A stretch of 64,000 nucleotides of DNA. It comes from Felis catus (Eukaryota). Position 1 is the first letter of the stretch. Each line of letters starts with the position of its first letter. Below, one piece after another: positions 1-13,600 of this stretch. Below the pieces are notes generated by a model. It was not told the DNA's origin, ran no database searches, and worked only from the letters and a program-made list of their open reading frames with translations. Both the position numbers and the translations under genes were made by a program. The DNA lies in assembly GCF_018350175.1 (NCBI RefSeq), contig NC_058369.1, positions 5,334,001 to 5,398,000 of the forward strand, in the 5' to 3' direction.

Positions 1-2300
1 AAACGAGGTTATACGGTCTATGGGACCTTTGCTTTGCAACCTGGGCTCCCGTCTCCTACTAGGATTCCTCAGAACTGGTCATTAATTATAGTCGATTTAA
101 AAGATTGTTTTTCACAGTTCTTCTACTGCCAGATGATAGAGAAAAATTTGCCTGTTCTGTACCTTCAGACAATCATATGGTTCCTGTGTGATGCCATCCA
201 TGGAAAGGGCTTCTGCAAGGTATGCTTAATAGCCCTACTATGTGTCAGCATTTTGTTAATCAGCCACTTTCCCAATTACGTATTCAGGTCCCACAGGTGT
301 TGATTATCCATTACATGGATGATATTCTTTTTGCTGCAGAAACACCTACACAGATAAAAGATCTTTATCAGGCCACTGGGTTATTGTACCCAAATACAGC
401 CTAATAGTAACAACAACAAAAAAGTGCAAACCCAAGATCCCTTTCTTTATCTTGATGCAAAAATTCACAAGGCAACCATCATTCCCCAAAAAGTACAGAT
501 TGGCTGAGATAATTTGAAAACTTTAAATGATTTCCAAAGGTTACTAGGAGATATAAATTGGTTGCAACCTGCTTTGGGAATCCCGACTTATACCTTATCT
601 CATCCTTTCCAAACATAAGCCCGTGATCCCAACCTTAACAGCCCTAGGGTCCTCACAAAAGAGGCAGAAGCTGAATTACAGTGGATTGAAAATCATATTC
701 AAAATTGTCAGCTCACTCGTGTTTGATGTAATGTTCCTCTTCAATTATTGATTTTTCCTACTCCACATTCTCCAACTGCGGTCGTAGGCAGGATGGGGGA
801 ATCATCGAATGGCTGTTTTTACCAAGTAAGGACTCTAAAATTCTTACCATGTATCTGGATAAAACTGGGAATGTAATTTGGAGAAGCCGATCCCGATTAC
901 GTGTGCTTAATGGTAGCAATCCCTCTTCTATAATTATTCCCTTATCATATCAACAAATTGATATGGCTTACCAAACTAATATACAATGATAAATAGCTTT
1001 GCCTGATTACGTAGGGAAATTAGACAATCACTGTCTGAGGGACAAAAATTTTGTCATTTCTCAAGGTTACATCATGGATTTGGCCAAAGATAATTCGAGA
1101 GTGGCCTTTAGCAGATGCTGACACATATTTTACAGATGGAAATGGTCATGGTAGAGCTTCTATACATGGTCCTATCTCTAAGGCCTGGAAGACACCCTAT
1201 ACATCTACCCAAAAAGCTGAATTAGCAGCCATTATAGGATTGTTGCATCTTGCACCTGCCTCCCTCGATATTGTGACAGATTCACAATGTGCATGGTTCA
1301 CAGTCCTAAATATTGAAACTGTACATATTGTGCCACGAAATGAATTACATCATCTGTTTTTGCATTTATAAGAATTAATATGGCATAGGCAACGCCCTTT
1401 ATGTATCACTCATATTCGCAGTCATTCTAACCTTCCTGGCCCATTATCCTTAGGAAATTCCATTGCTGATGACTTATTACAAGGCACCTTACAAATGGCA
1501 CAACAGGAGCATTTGCTTCACCATACTAATGCTCGAGGACTTGCCCATAGACACTATAACACATGCTGAGTCAAAAGACATCGTTAGTGCCTGTCCTTGT
1601 TGCAACCCCCTCACTGTGGCTCCACATACCTCTGGAGTGAATCCTCGTGGACCACAGGCAAATGAACTTTGGCAATCTGATGTTACCCATATTCCTGGTT
1701 TCGGTAAGCTCTCTTATGTGCATGTTACTGTGGATACCTTCTCCAGATAGATCTGGGCCACGACATATACCGGAGAAAAGACTAGGCATGTTAGTGCTCA
1801 TTTTCTTGAAACCTTTGCAATTCTAGGTATCCCACAACACATTAAAACTGATAATGGCCCTGCATATGTATCTCATAAGTAGCCCACTTCTTTGCAGCCT
1901 GACAAATTACTGGCACTCCCTATAACTCTCACAGTCAAGGGATCACAGAACATACTCATCAGGTACTTAAAAACATGCTAATTAAACAAAAAGGGGGAGA
2001 AGAAGAAGGACTTAGACCTACGCCACGGGAACAATTACATCCGGCCTTATATACTTTAAGTTTCTTGGACATATGAGGACCCCATACATGTCCTTCTGCT
2101 GAGATACACTGGTACAAGAAAAAGGTCACCCCTGTTTACCAGCCGGTATATTGGAAAGATGAGAAGGGACACTGGGAAAAGGGAGAAGTTGTTGTGTGGG
2201 GCAAAGGGTATGCTTATGTCTTTACAGATCAAGGCTACCAGTGGTTACCCAGTCACCGGTTGAAACCCAGGCATGAGCTGATCCAAGCAACCGCAGTTCG
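1..2300 (+). pseudogene. pol: ERV pol (RT, RNase H, integrase), disrupted
   Basis: ORF fragments 34-303, 222-404, 1051-1371, 1463-1750 and 2194-2400 carry RT/RNaseH/IN motifs in order, ending with the IN C-terminal WGKGYAYVF..QWLP. Confidence 0.93.
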
Positions 2301-4188
2301 ACATGACCCCACCAAAAAGTTTCACAGAATGTCCATTGAGAAACCAATAATTGTGCCCAATGCACCACACCCTCTCCTGAGGAGCTCTAGGACCTCTTAG
2401 CCTCCTACTCGGGGACAAGTTAAGAGGTTGATGCATGCTGCTGAAAAAATATTGATGCAGACTCGCAGCCCACAAACTCCTGCTCACCTTTTCCTTGTGA
2501 TGCTCATGGTTATCACTACTATGGTAAGCTCTGATAACTATATTTACTGGGCTTATATCCCTCATCCACCTCTCAATCAGCATAAATTGGTACAACTCCC
2601 CCATGCCGGTATATACAAATGACACTGAATGGACACCTGGGCCATTTGACAGCAGAGAAACACATAGACCCAATGAAGAAGGTACTGTTATGGATAATTA
2701 TGCTATAGGGACTGAAGGTCCTCCTATATGTTTTGGTTACAGGAAACACTGCCTCAAAAGTAAGCCTCAAGCATGGCGATCTATTATTAAAAACGGGGCC
2801 CAGCACAAACCTATTTTCTTACTCTCAGCCCATTCTCTGATTGGCTCCAATCTTAATGACACTCCTCCAATGCTTCTGTCTTGTGCTACTCGTACATTGT
2901 CAGAATGGGATGGATGGGTGACTTGGGAAGCATGCAGAGGGGAGATAGGGTGAGTTCTTTTAAATACTTCCTATGGAAGCATCGTTGATTGGGGCCCTCT
3001 GGGCTCAGTTCCCCTTAAAAACTCATTACACAATCTACGATGGTGTGTTCATAATCATACTATCAGCACCACTGCTAATGGCTCAGTCGTTTGGCATGGT
3101 GGGGGATTTTCTGCGCCCAGCCCTCATTTACGACAAGGACCATTACAAAAGCATATAAGGAAATGAACTGCTGCCCTCCACCCTTTACATACCTGCAAGG
3201 GCACATTTATAAAAACAGCCCCAGTACTATTTCTACTCTAGCCTTCACGGTCAATAGTACCCGGTACATATGGGCTTGTGTCCGTTTGCCATACGTACTA
3301 TTAAAAGCACAGATAGTTTGGAATGATGCTGAGGCCCTTATAACTTGTGTTAACTGCTCATTATACACCTGTCTTAATTCTATACACTTTACTATGCCAT
3401 CCAAAAGCTTATATTTACTTAGAGCACACACTGGCCTGTGGCTGCTGGTTTGCATGTCTCAACCATGACAACATTCTCCAGAAATGTATCTGATGGACCA
3501 GGCTCTACAGCGAGTTCTTCACTGATCCCAAAGGTTTTCTGGAATACTTGTTGCAGCTCTCATAGGCATTATTGCTGTGACTGCCACCATAGCCACTGCA
3601 GCTGTCTCGTTGCACCAATCTGTGCAGATGGTACAATTTGTGCAACAACGGCATGAGAAATTGCACCACCTTGGAAGACACAGCAGGACATTGACAGTAG
3701 ATGGTCCAGTGAGATTGCAGACCTACAACAGGCTGTGATATTGCTGGGGATCAATTAGTGAGCCTACAAAGGCAAAGATCATTAAAATGTTATTGGAACA
3801 CTACACCAATGTGTAACCCCACTGCTGTTTAATAACACTAAATTTCCATGGAATGGCGTTAAGAGACACTTGCTCAGACAATCAAACGTGTCCATGGACA
3901 TTTAACATCTGCACGCAGGGATATAGGAGACTTCCAAAACAAATCTGGACATGTTATCTGGTTCTAAGATCTTAGAAAGCATATCAGAGGGATTGGGAAA
4001 ATTAAATGCTATAGAGCATATTGGGATTTTTAGTTTCTCTACTGCTATTCTGTTTGTATTAATATGCAGTGTATTTATCTTTGCATGTGCAGTCTGGTGC
4101 CAGGGACGATGAGCCTGTCAACGGACCGACAGCTTGGGTTATACAATGTCCTCCTACAGCCCATTGTATACAAACAAAAAGGGGGAGA
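2228..4188 (+). pseudogene. env: ERV env (beta-type SU/TM), disrupted
   Basis: Leader PPT(R)GQVKRL...TPAHLFLVMLMVI, then NYIYWAYIPHPPL, PVYTNDTEWTPGP and PPICFG. Decayed furin site H*SQR followed by the fusion peptide FSGILVAALIGIIAVTATIATAAVSLHQSVQ (~3520-3630). TM LKCYWNTTPMC (~3782-3815). Start is approximate. Confidence 0.9.
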
Positions 4189-4576
4189 TGTTGGAGAACA
4201 AGAAGCCGGAGGCACCGTAAGGATGTCTTGAAGGAAAGGGACGGAGCAGCGAGGAACAGAAAGCAGTTTTATCCCCAGGACGGAAGGCCGCCGGGACTGC
4301 TCATTTTCTCCAGAAGGACATCATATGGGTGGCCAGGACTGGGGATAAGAATGTTTTGTCTGGCACCACATGTACTCATGACCCAGTATGGAATACACTG
4401 CAGGTGCACAACCTGTCAAGATGCCACATACTATGTTGTAATGGCTTGTTGTTTTCAATTTGCAAAAATAAAAGAGGCTTGAGCCAGGGGACCAATGCTT
4501 TGGCTCCTGGAGAGTCTCAGCCCCCTGCTTTGTAATTCTCTCATCACCACACCTTCAGGACCTGTGTCTCTACACA
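4189..4576 (+). mobile_element. 3' LTR of the provirus (right end inferred)
   Basis: Begins TGTTGGAGA immediately after the PPT; AATAAA near 4467; ends TCTCTACACA, an imperfect inverted repeat of the start. Confidence 0.7.
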
Positions 4577-4599
4577 AGTATGTGAATATCTTTGGGTTT

Positions 4600-5115
4600 C
4601 CAGATACTGTGCTGGCCAGTTGTTTGAGAGAGCTGCCGGGGTCCTCTTCAGAGCAAATCACTTGGAACCAATGTCGCTCCTGCTGTATGACTGTTACTGG
4701 CAGCCAAGGCTCTTCTTTTTTGTTCCTAGACTTCTCTGTACATCTCAGGTTTGCTAGTGTCTGAATGAAGTGCAACAGAAGTAGGTCCCTTGTGTGGTGC
4801 CCCAAAAGCCTGGAGAAACTGGTTGGTCACCCTGCTCTCCCTTTTCCAGTTAGGGAAGTGCTTTCTGGCCAGAGTGTTCCTGCTTGTCACTGAGCAGTAC
4901 CCAACTGGAAGACCAGTGATGCAAGCAAAATTAAGATATTTTTCCTTTCCTTTGTGTGCACTTATGCTCAGGGTTTTCTTCCCCACTGTGTTGCTGTTAT
5001 TTCCTAAGTGGACCCCTGAGCTATCCCAGAGAGCTTTTTGTTTGTGGGTAGATGGCTAATCATAGATCTCTGTGGGAAAACAGAAGCTAGGGCCTCCTAC
5101 TTCACCATCTTGGTG
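4600..5115 (-). mobile_element. Probable old L1 5'UTR, antisense
   Basis: Reverse complement near 5113 reads CCAAGATGGTGAAGTAGGAGGCCC, an L1-like YY1 5' end. Confidence 0.35.
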
Positions 5116-5149
5116 ATGCCACTTCAGCTGTCTTAGTATGCTAAATGAG

Positions 5150-7560
5150 TTGAAATCATGGGGAAAAAATTAAAATCAGGAAGATGTGAATGAATATGGA
5201 ATATCAATTAAATTACAGAAATTATTCACACACACACACACAAATAGAAATTCTAGAGTTGGAAGTACAATAGCTGAAATGGCAAAAATTCACTAGGGGG
5301 ATTCAGCAGCAGGTTTGAGCAGGCAGAAGAAAGAATTCATGAACTTAAAACAATTGGAAAATTAATCTGAAGAACAGAAAGAGAAAGTGCACAGAGGGAA
5401 ATTTGAAGATATAAATGCTTATGTTCAGAAAAAGGACAGATCTCCAATCAGTACAATAATCTCCCATTTTATGATCCTAGAAAAAGAGCAAACTATAAGC
5501 AAAGGTAGACGGGAGAAGTAGAAAACCAAAGATTAGAGTCAAGGTAGATGAAAGAGAATGGAAAACAATATGGAAGTCAATGGAGGCAAAAGTCAGTTTT
5601 TGGAAAGGATCCGCAAAATTGACAAGCTTTTAACTAAATGTACTAAGAAAATAGAAAATCCAATGCAAATAACTAAAATCATAAATGAAAATGGATACAT
5701 AATTACCAACAGTACAAGAAACAAAGTATCATTAGAGAATATTCTGACCAAAGTATATAACCTCCATGAGATGGATGAATTTCGAGAAACACAAAGTTCC
5801 AGAACTGACTCTAGAAGAAATAAAAAATCTGAATAGACCTATTACAAGAGATTAAATCAGTAATCAAAAATCTCCCAACAGTGCAAAGTTCAGCACAGGC
5901 TGTATTATTGACAAATTGAAGAGTTACCAACCCTTCTAAAATTCTTCCCAAAAAAATGACAGGAGGAAATACCTCTTAAAACATTCTATGAGGCCAATAT
6001 TCAATATCAAAGCCAGAAAAGAACAAGAAACTATAGACCACTATCTCTTATGAATAGAAATGAAAATCCTCAATAAAACAATAGCAAACAAAATCCAACA
6101 GCACATTATAAAGAAAATAAATACTGCAAACAACCTTCTGCCCATATGTTTTATACACATCTTAGGTGAAATTTACTGTTGTAAAACACAAACTATAAAT
6201 ATTCACTAAAGAAAAATTATAGCCTGAATAGTCCTCTATCAATGAGAAAATTGAATGTGTAGTCAAAACATTCCAAAAAAGAAAATCTCAGTCCCAATTG
6301 CTTTTACTGTTGAACTCTACCAAACACTTATGAAGGAAACAATACCAATTGTACACAATATATTCCAGAATACAGAGGACGAGTCAACACTTATCAACTC
6401 ATTACATGAGGGCAGTGTTACACTGCCACCAAAACCAGGAAGAAGGCATCACAATGAAACTACAACTCAATATCCCTTACAGACATAGATCCAAATATCA
6501 TAAACAAAATGTCAGCAAACAAAAGCCATCAATACATAACAGGTGTAATAAATCACAACCAAATTGGGTTTATTCTCATAACACAAGGTTGATTCAACAC
6601 AAACTATCAACTTAATTCACCTTAAAATCAAAATAGGGGGTGTCTGTGTGGCTCAGTCAGGTAAGCGCCCGACTTCAGCTCAGGTCATGATCTCACAGGT
6701 CACGAGTTTGAGCCCCATGTTGGGCTCTGTGCTGACAGCTCAGAGCCTACCTGCTTCAGATTCTGTGTTTCCCTCTCTCTCTCTGCCCCTCTCCTGCTCA
6801 TGCTGTCTCTCTCTCAAAAATAAATAAACATTTAAAAAATTTAAGAGATCAAAAGAGAAAAAATACACAGTCATCTTCAAACTTAATATTTTTTTATATT
6901 TATTTTTGAGAGACAGAGAGACTCAGTAGGGGAAGGGCAGAGAGAGAATAAGACACAGAATCTGAAGCAAGCTCCAGGATCTAAGCTGTCAGCACAGAGC
7001 CAGATGCAGGGCTCGAACTCATTAAGCTGAATTCAGATGCTTAACCAACTAAGCCACCCAGGTGCCCCAAACTTAGTATTTTTAAGATGCCAAGTTTCCA
7101 CAAATTTATAGATTCAATATCTCAATAAAAATATACAATATTTTTGTGTAGAAATTGATACATTGATTCTAAATTTCACATGCAAATGGAAAGGAACCAA
7201 CATAGACAAACAACCTTGAAAAATAACAAAGTTGGAATATTTATAATACCTAATTTCAAATCTTATTATAAGGCTACAGTGCCAAAATTCTGTGGTATTG
7301 GTATAAAAATAGGCACACACAAAGGGGTGTCTGGGTGGCTCAGTGGTTAAGCATCCAGCTCTTGGTTTCAGCTCAGGTCATGATCTCCTGGTTCATGAGT
7401 TTGAGCCCCACATCGGGCTCTGTGCAGAGCCTGCTCAGGATTCTCTCTCTCCCTCTGTCTCTATCCCTCCCCTGCTTGCTCTCTCAAAATAAATAAACTT
7501 TAAAAAATAGGCACATACATCAAGGGAGTAAAAGTGGGTCCAGAAACAGACCCATGTAAA
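5150..7560 (+). mobile_element. Old fragmented L1 (ORF1/ORF2 remnants) interrupted by Can-SINEs
   Basis: ORF2-like peptides KIDKLL, EMDEF and ELYQTLMKETIPI; A-rich strand; SINEs at ~6637-6840(+), ~6890-7067(-) and ~7324-7500(+). Confidence 0.8.
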
Positions 7561-7629
7561 ATTTAAAAAAAAAAAAATTCCCTTTCCAGAAAGAACCCGA
7601 CTAGAAACTTATTTTATTAAATTTGTATT

Positions 7630-10600
7630 GAGAGGAGGAGCCAACACAGTGGAGAAGTAGGGGTATCCATACTTCCCACTTCTCTCAAACAAAGAAGGGC
7701 TGAAGCCAAAGGACTTTGAACCCCAAGAGTCTGGAGGAAAAGAGACTGAGTCTACCAGGGAGAAACTGGTACAACCTGATGGGCCATAGGTGGGTGATTG
7801 CAAACTGGGGGAGATAAAATGGGCCATGTAGGCACGGAGGGGAGGGATCCTCTTTTGCAGAGAGACAAAGGCATGTGAAAGAGCCGCTGGGGAAGCGTAG
7901 GACTGTATCTGGACAAGAGATAAACCTCAGACAAGGATGGAGAGGGATCCCATCTCTAAGTGCAGGTTAAAGGATCTCTAACTGCAGATCCCATTCTCAG
8001 ACTGGAGCTGGCTGCCCTGTTCACACACCTGGGGAGGAGAGGAGCCACTCCAGGGTTCAGTGGGAGATCAGGGGCACAGTCTGCAGGAGAAACCAGCCCC
8101 CTCCTCTGAAGTGCTGTGGCACAGGACAAAACCAGCTGGGACCTCATATCAGGAGGTGCTTCCCCAATACCAGGGTGCACAGAGTGGGAGTTTAAATGCC
8201 AGCCAAGCACAGGGGCAAAGGAGTTGGCAGAGCGAGACCGCCAGCCTTCTCTGTGTCCTCAGCACAGTGAGGACGGCTCCAAAGGAGCCCAAAGGAATTC
8301 CCAAAGGAATGATTTGGGACACCGGGTCGTGGAGAAGAGACTGAGGGGTCACCATTTTTCTCCCCACCACCACCAACACGGGGCCTCAGGGATGGGTCCA
8401 CGGGGCCCACAGTGGAGGCGGGGCCAGCCTACACCAAACCACGCCCCTCCATGCTGGGTAATTGCATATCTACTGGAACGGGATAGATGCTATGGAACCA
8501 GACAGACCCCCCACCCTTCCTGGCCAGTGCTGCTGCATTGCCTGGATTAATTCAAGGACAATTTTTGTTATATAGATATATTCTCCCATCCATTTCTCCT
8601 TCTTATCAATTCCCTCCTCTGGGCTGGTTACTCCAGTTATTGGTTTGTTTATTTTTTTTTTATTTTTTTTCAACGTTTATTTATTTTTGGGACAGAGAGA
8701 GACAGAGCATGAACGGGCGAGGGGCAGAGAGAGAGGGAGACACAGAAACGGAAACAGGCTCCAGGCTCTGAGCCATCAGCCCAGAGCCCGACGCGGGGCT
8801 CGAACTCACAGACCGAGAGATCATGACCTGGCTGAAGTCGGATGCTTAACCGACTGCGCCACCCAGGCGCCCCATGGTTTGTTTAAACAGACATATTTAA
8901 TCCATTCTCTTGATACATGTTCTACGCCCCCTTCTTTACATTCCATTCTCTCTCTCTGGAATAATCAACCAGTATAGTTTCTCTGTCTGCGTAACTTTAT
9001 CTTTGTTTCTTTCTCCCCCACCTCCTTCCTTATTTTCCTTTCCGTCTCTCTGGATTAAGACTTTTAGTCTCTCTGCCTGGTCAATGTTTATTTTGTCTTC
9101 TTCCCCACCCCTGTCATTTCTTCTTCTTTACTTGTAGCTAGTGTTTCTGATTTTTTGCTTTTGGATTGTCTTTAGTTTTTCATTTTTTCTTTTTGTTTGT
9201 TTGTGTGTCTTTGTTTCCTGTTTGTCTGTATGTTTTCCTTTCCAGGGCTACTCCAGGGAACAAACCAAAGCAAACCTGGTGGAGGGTCCAAAACATCACT
9301 ACGAGTAGGGAAATAAAATAACCAAAGTCACAACAACAGAGAGCAAGTAACACTCTCCAAGAAACACCTCTTGAATGGCCAGGCCCTGGACAGTGTATGA
9401 CCATCCCCCCTTTAATATAGCAGTTCTCACAGGTGCAGAGCACACAACATAAGGGACAGAAAACTAGCCAAAATGATCAAACAGAAGAATTTTCCTCAAA
9501 AGAAATTCCAGGAAGTAGCGACAGCTAAAGAATTAATCAAAACAGATATAAGCAACATAACTGAACAATAATTTAGAAGAATCATAAAATTAATCACTGG
9601 GCTTGAAAAAAGCATAGAAGACAGCAGAGAATCTATTGCTACAGAGATCAAGGGACTAAAATATAATCATGATGAATTAAGAAATGCTATAAATGAGGTG
9701 CAAAATAAAATGGAGGCAGCCACCGCACTGATTGAAGAGGTGGAGGGGAGAATAGGGGAATTAGAAGATAAAATTATGGAAAAAGAGGAAGCTGAGAAGA
9801 GAGATAAAAAATCCAGGAGCATGAGGGGAGAATTAGAGAACTAAGTGATGCAATCACAATGAACAATATCCATATCATAGGAATTCCAGAAGAGGGAGAG
9901 AGAGAGAGAGGGGCCGAAGGTGTACTTGAACATATCATAGCTGAGGATTTCCCTGATCTGAGGAAGGAAACAGGCATTGAAATCCAAGTGGCACAGAGAA
10001 CTCCCTTCAGACATAACTTGAATTGGTCTTCTGCATGACATATCATAGTGAAACTGGAAAAACACAAGGATAAAGAGAGAATTCTGAAAGCAGCTAGGGA
10101 TAAACAGGCTCTAACATACAAAGGTAGACAGACACATAAGGGTAGTAGCACACCTATCTACTGAAACTTGGCAAGCCAGAAAGGATTGGCAGGAAATCTT
10201 CAATGTGATGAACAGAAAAAATATGCAGCCAAGAATCCTTTATCCAGCAAGCCTGTCATTCAGAATAAAGGACAGATAAAGGTCTTCCCAAACAAACAAA
10301 AACTGAAGGAATTCATCACCACTAAACCAGCCCTATAAGAGATCCTAAGGGGGACTCTGTGAGTGAAATGTTGCAAGGACCACAAAATACCAGAGATACC
10401 GCTACAAGCATGAAGCCTACAGATAACACAATGACTCTAAACCCGTATCTTTCAATAACAACACAATGTAAATGGACTAAATGCTCCAACCAAAAGACAT
10501 AGGGTATCAGAATGGATAAAAAACGACACCCATCTATTTGCTGTCTACAAGAGACTCATTTTAGACCTGAGGACACCTTCAGATTGAAAGTGAGGGGATG

Positions 10601-13600
10601 GAGATCTATCATGTTACTGGAAGTCAAAAGAAAGCTGGAGTAGCCATACTTATATCAGACAAACTAGACTTTAATTTAAAGGCTGTAACAAGAAATGAAT
10701 AAGGGAATTACATAATAATTACAGTGTCTATCCAACAGGAAGAGCTAACAATTATAAATGTCTATGCACTGAATTTGGAGGCACCAAATATATAAAACAA
10801 TTAATCGCAAACATAAGCAACCTTATAGATAAGAATGTGGTAATTGCAGGGGACTTTAATGCCCACTTACAACAATGGACAGATCACCTAGACATAGAAT
10901 CAGTAAAGAAAGAATGGCCCTGAATGATACATTGGACCAGATGGACTTGAGAGATATATTTAGAACTCTGCATCCCAAAGCAATGGAATATGCTTTCTTC
11001 TTGAGTGCACATGGAACATTCTCCAAGACAGATCACATACTGGGTCACAATACAGCCCTCAATAAATATAAAAGAATTGAGATCATACCATGCACACTTT
11101 CAGATCACAAGGCTATGAAACTTGAAATCAACCACAGGAAAAAGACTGGAAAACCTCCAAAAGCATGGAGGTTAATGAACATCCTACTGAAGAATAAATG
11201 GGTCAACCAGGCAATTAGAGAAGAAATAAATATGAAAATGAAAATACAACAATCCAAATGCTTTGGGATGCAGCGAAGGCAGTCCTAAGAGGAAAATACA
11301 TTGCAATCCAGGCCTATCTCAAGAAACAAGAAAAATCCCAAATACAAAATCTAACAGCACACCTAAAGGAAATAGAAGCAGAACAGCAAAGACACCCCAA
11401 ACCCAGCAGAAGAAAACAAATAATAAAGATCAGAGCAGAAATAAACAATATAGAATCCAAAAAAGGAGAGCAGATCAATGAAACCAAGAGTTGTTTTTTT
11501 TGAAAAAATAAACAAAACTGATAAACCTCTAGACTGGCTTCTCAAAAAGAAAAGAGAAAGGACCCAAAAAGTAAAATCACAAATGAAATGATTTATTACA
11601 ACCAATCCCTCAGAAATACAAGCAATTATCAGGGAATACTATGAAAAATTATATGCCAACAAACTGGACAACCTGAAAGAAATGGACAAATTCCTAAACA
11701 CCCACACAATACCAAAACAACTGGGAATAGAAAATTTGAACAGACCCATAACTAGTTATGAAATTGAATCAGTCATTAAAAATCTCCCAACAAATAAGAG
11801 TCCAGGACCAGATGGCTTCCCTGGGTAATTCTACCAGATATTTAAAGCAGAGATAATACCTATCCTTCTCAAGATGTTCCAAAAAATAGAAAGGGAAGGA
11901 CAACTTCCAGACTCATTCTATGAAGCCAGCATTACTTTGATTCCTAACCCAGACAGAGACCCAGATGAATATGGATGCAAAAATTCTCAACAAGATACTA
12001 GCAAATCGAATTCAACAGCATATAAAAAGAATTATTCATGATCAAGTGGTATTCATTCCTGGGCTGCAGAGCTGGTTCAACATTCACAAATCAATCAATG
12101 TGATACATCACATCAATAAAAGAAAAGAGAAGAACCATATGATCCTCTCAATCGATGCAGAAAAAGCATTTGACAAAATTCAGCATCCTTTCTTAATAAA
12201 AACCCTTGAGAAAGTTGGGATAGAAGGAACATACTTAACATCATAAAAGCCATTTATGAAAATCCCACAGCTAATATCATCCTCAACAGGGAAAAACTGA
12301 GAGCTCTCTCCCTGAGATCAGAAACACGACAGGAATGTCCACTCTCACCGCTGTTGTTTAACATAGTGTTGGAAGTTCTAGCATCAGCAATCAGACAACA
12401 AAATGAAACAAGAGGCATCAAAATTGTCAAAAATGAAGTCAAGCTTTCACTTTTTGCAGACAACATGATACTCTACATGGAAAGCCAAACAGACTCCACC
12501 AAAAGTCTGCTAGAACTGATACATGAATTCAGCAAAGTTGCAATATACAAAAATCAATATACAGAAATCAGTTGCATTCTTATACACTAACAATGAAGCA
12601 ACAGAAAGAAATAAAGAAACTGATCCCATTCACAATGGTACCAAGAACCATAAAATACCTAGAAATAAATATAACCAAAGATGTAAAAGATCTGTATGCT
12701 GAAAACTATAGAAAGCTTATGAAGGAAATTGAAGAAGTTACAAAGAAATGGAAAAACATTCCATGATCATGGATTGGAAGAATAAATATTGTTAAAATGT
12801 CAATACTACCCAAAGCTATCTACACATTCAATGCAATCCCAATCAAAATTGCACCAGCATTCTTCTCGAAGCTAGAACAAGCAATCCTAAAATTCATATG
12901 GAACCACAAAAGGCCCCAAATAGCCAAAGTAATGTTGAAGAAGAAGACCAAAGCAGGAGGCATCACAATCCCAGACTTTAGCCTCTACTACAAAGCTGTA
13001 ATCATCAGGACAGCATGGTATTGGCCCAAAACCAGACACATAGACCAATGGAATAGAGACTCCAGAATTGAACCCACAAAAGTATGAGCAACTAATCTTT
13101 GACAAAGCAGGAAAGAATATCCAATCGAAAAAAGACAGTCTCTTGAACAAATGGTGCTGGGAGAACTGGACAGCAACATGCAGAAGGTTGAAACTAGACC
13201 ACTTTCTCACACCATTCACAAAAATAAACTCAAAATGGATGAAGGACCTGAATGTGAGACAGGAAACCATCAAAACCCTAGAGGAGAAAGCAGGAAGAAA
13301 CCTGTTTGACCTCAGCCTCAGCAATTTCTTACTTGACACATCTCCAAAGGCAAGGGAATTAAAAGCAAAAACGAACTATTGGGACCTCATGAAGACGAAA
13401 AGCTTCTGTACTGCAAAGGAAACAATCAACAAAACTAAAAGGCAACTGATGTAATAGGAAAAGTTATTTGCACATGACATATCACATAAAGGGCTAGTAT
13501 CCAAAATTTATAAAGAGCTCACCAAACTCTACACCCAAAAAACAAATAATCCAGTGAATAAATGGGCAGAAGACATGAATAGACACTTTTCCAAAGAAGA

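Larger units (their letters stand above)
1..4576 (+). mobile_element. 3' half of a decayed class II (betaretrovirus-like) endogenous retrovirus: pol-env-PPT-3'LTR; 5' part lies outside the window
   Basis: RT motifs LQPGLPSP, IIVDLKDCF, GMLNSPTMCQ and YMDD (312-323). RNase H YFTDG...STQKAEL. Integrase GVNPRG..NELWQSDVTH...YVHVTVDTFS and [13 protein letters not shown]-like env. PPT at 4172-4188 followed by TG. Many stops and frameshifts. Confidence 0.95.
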
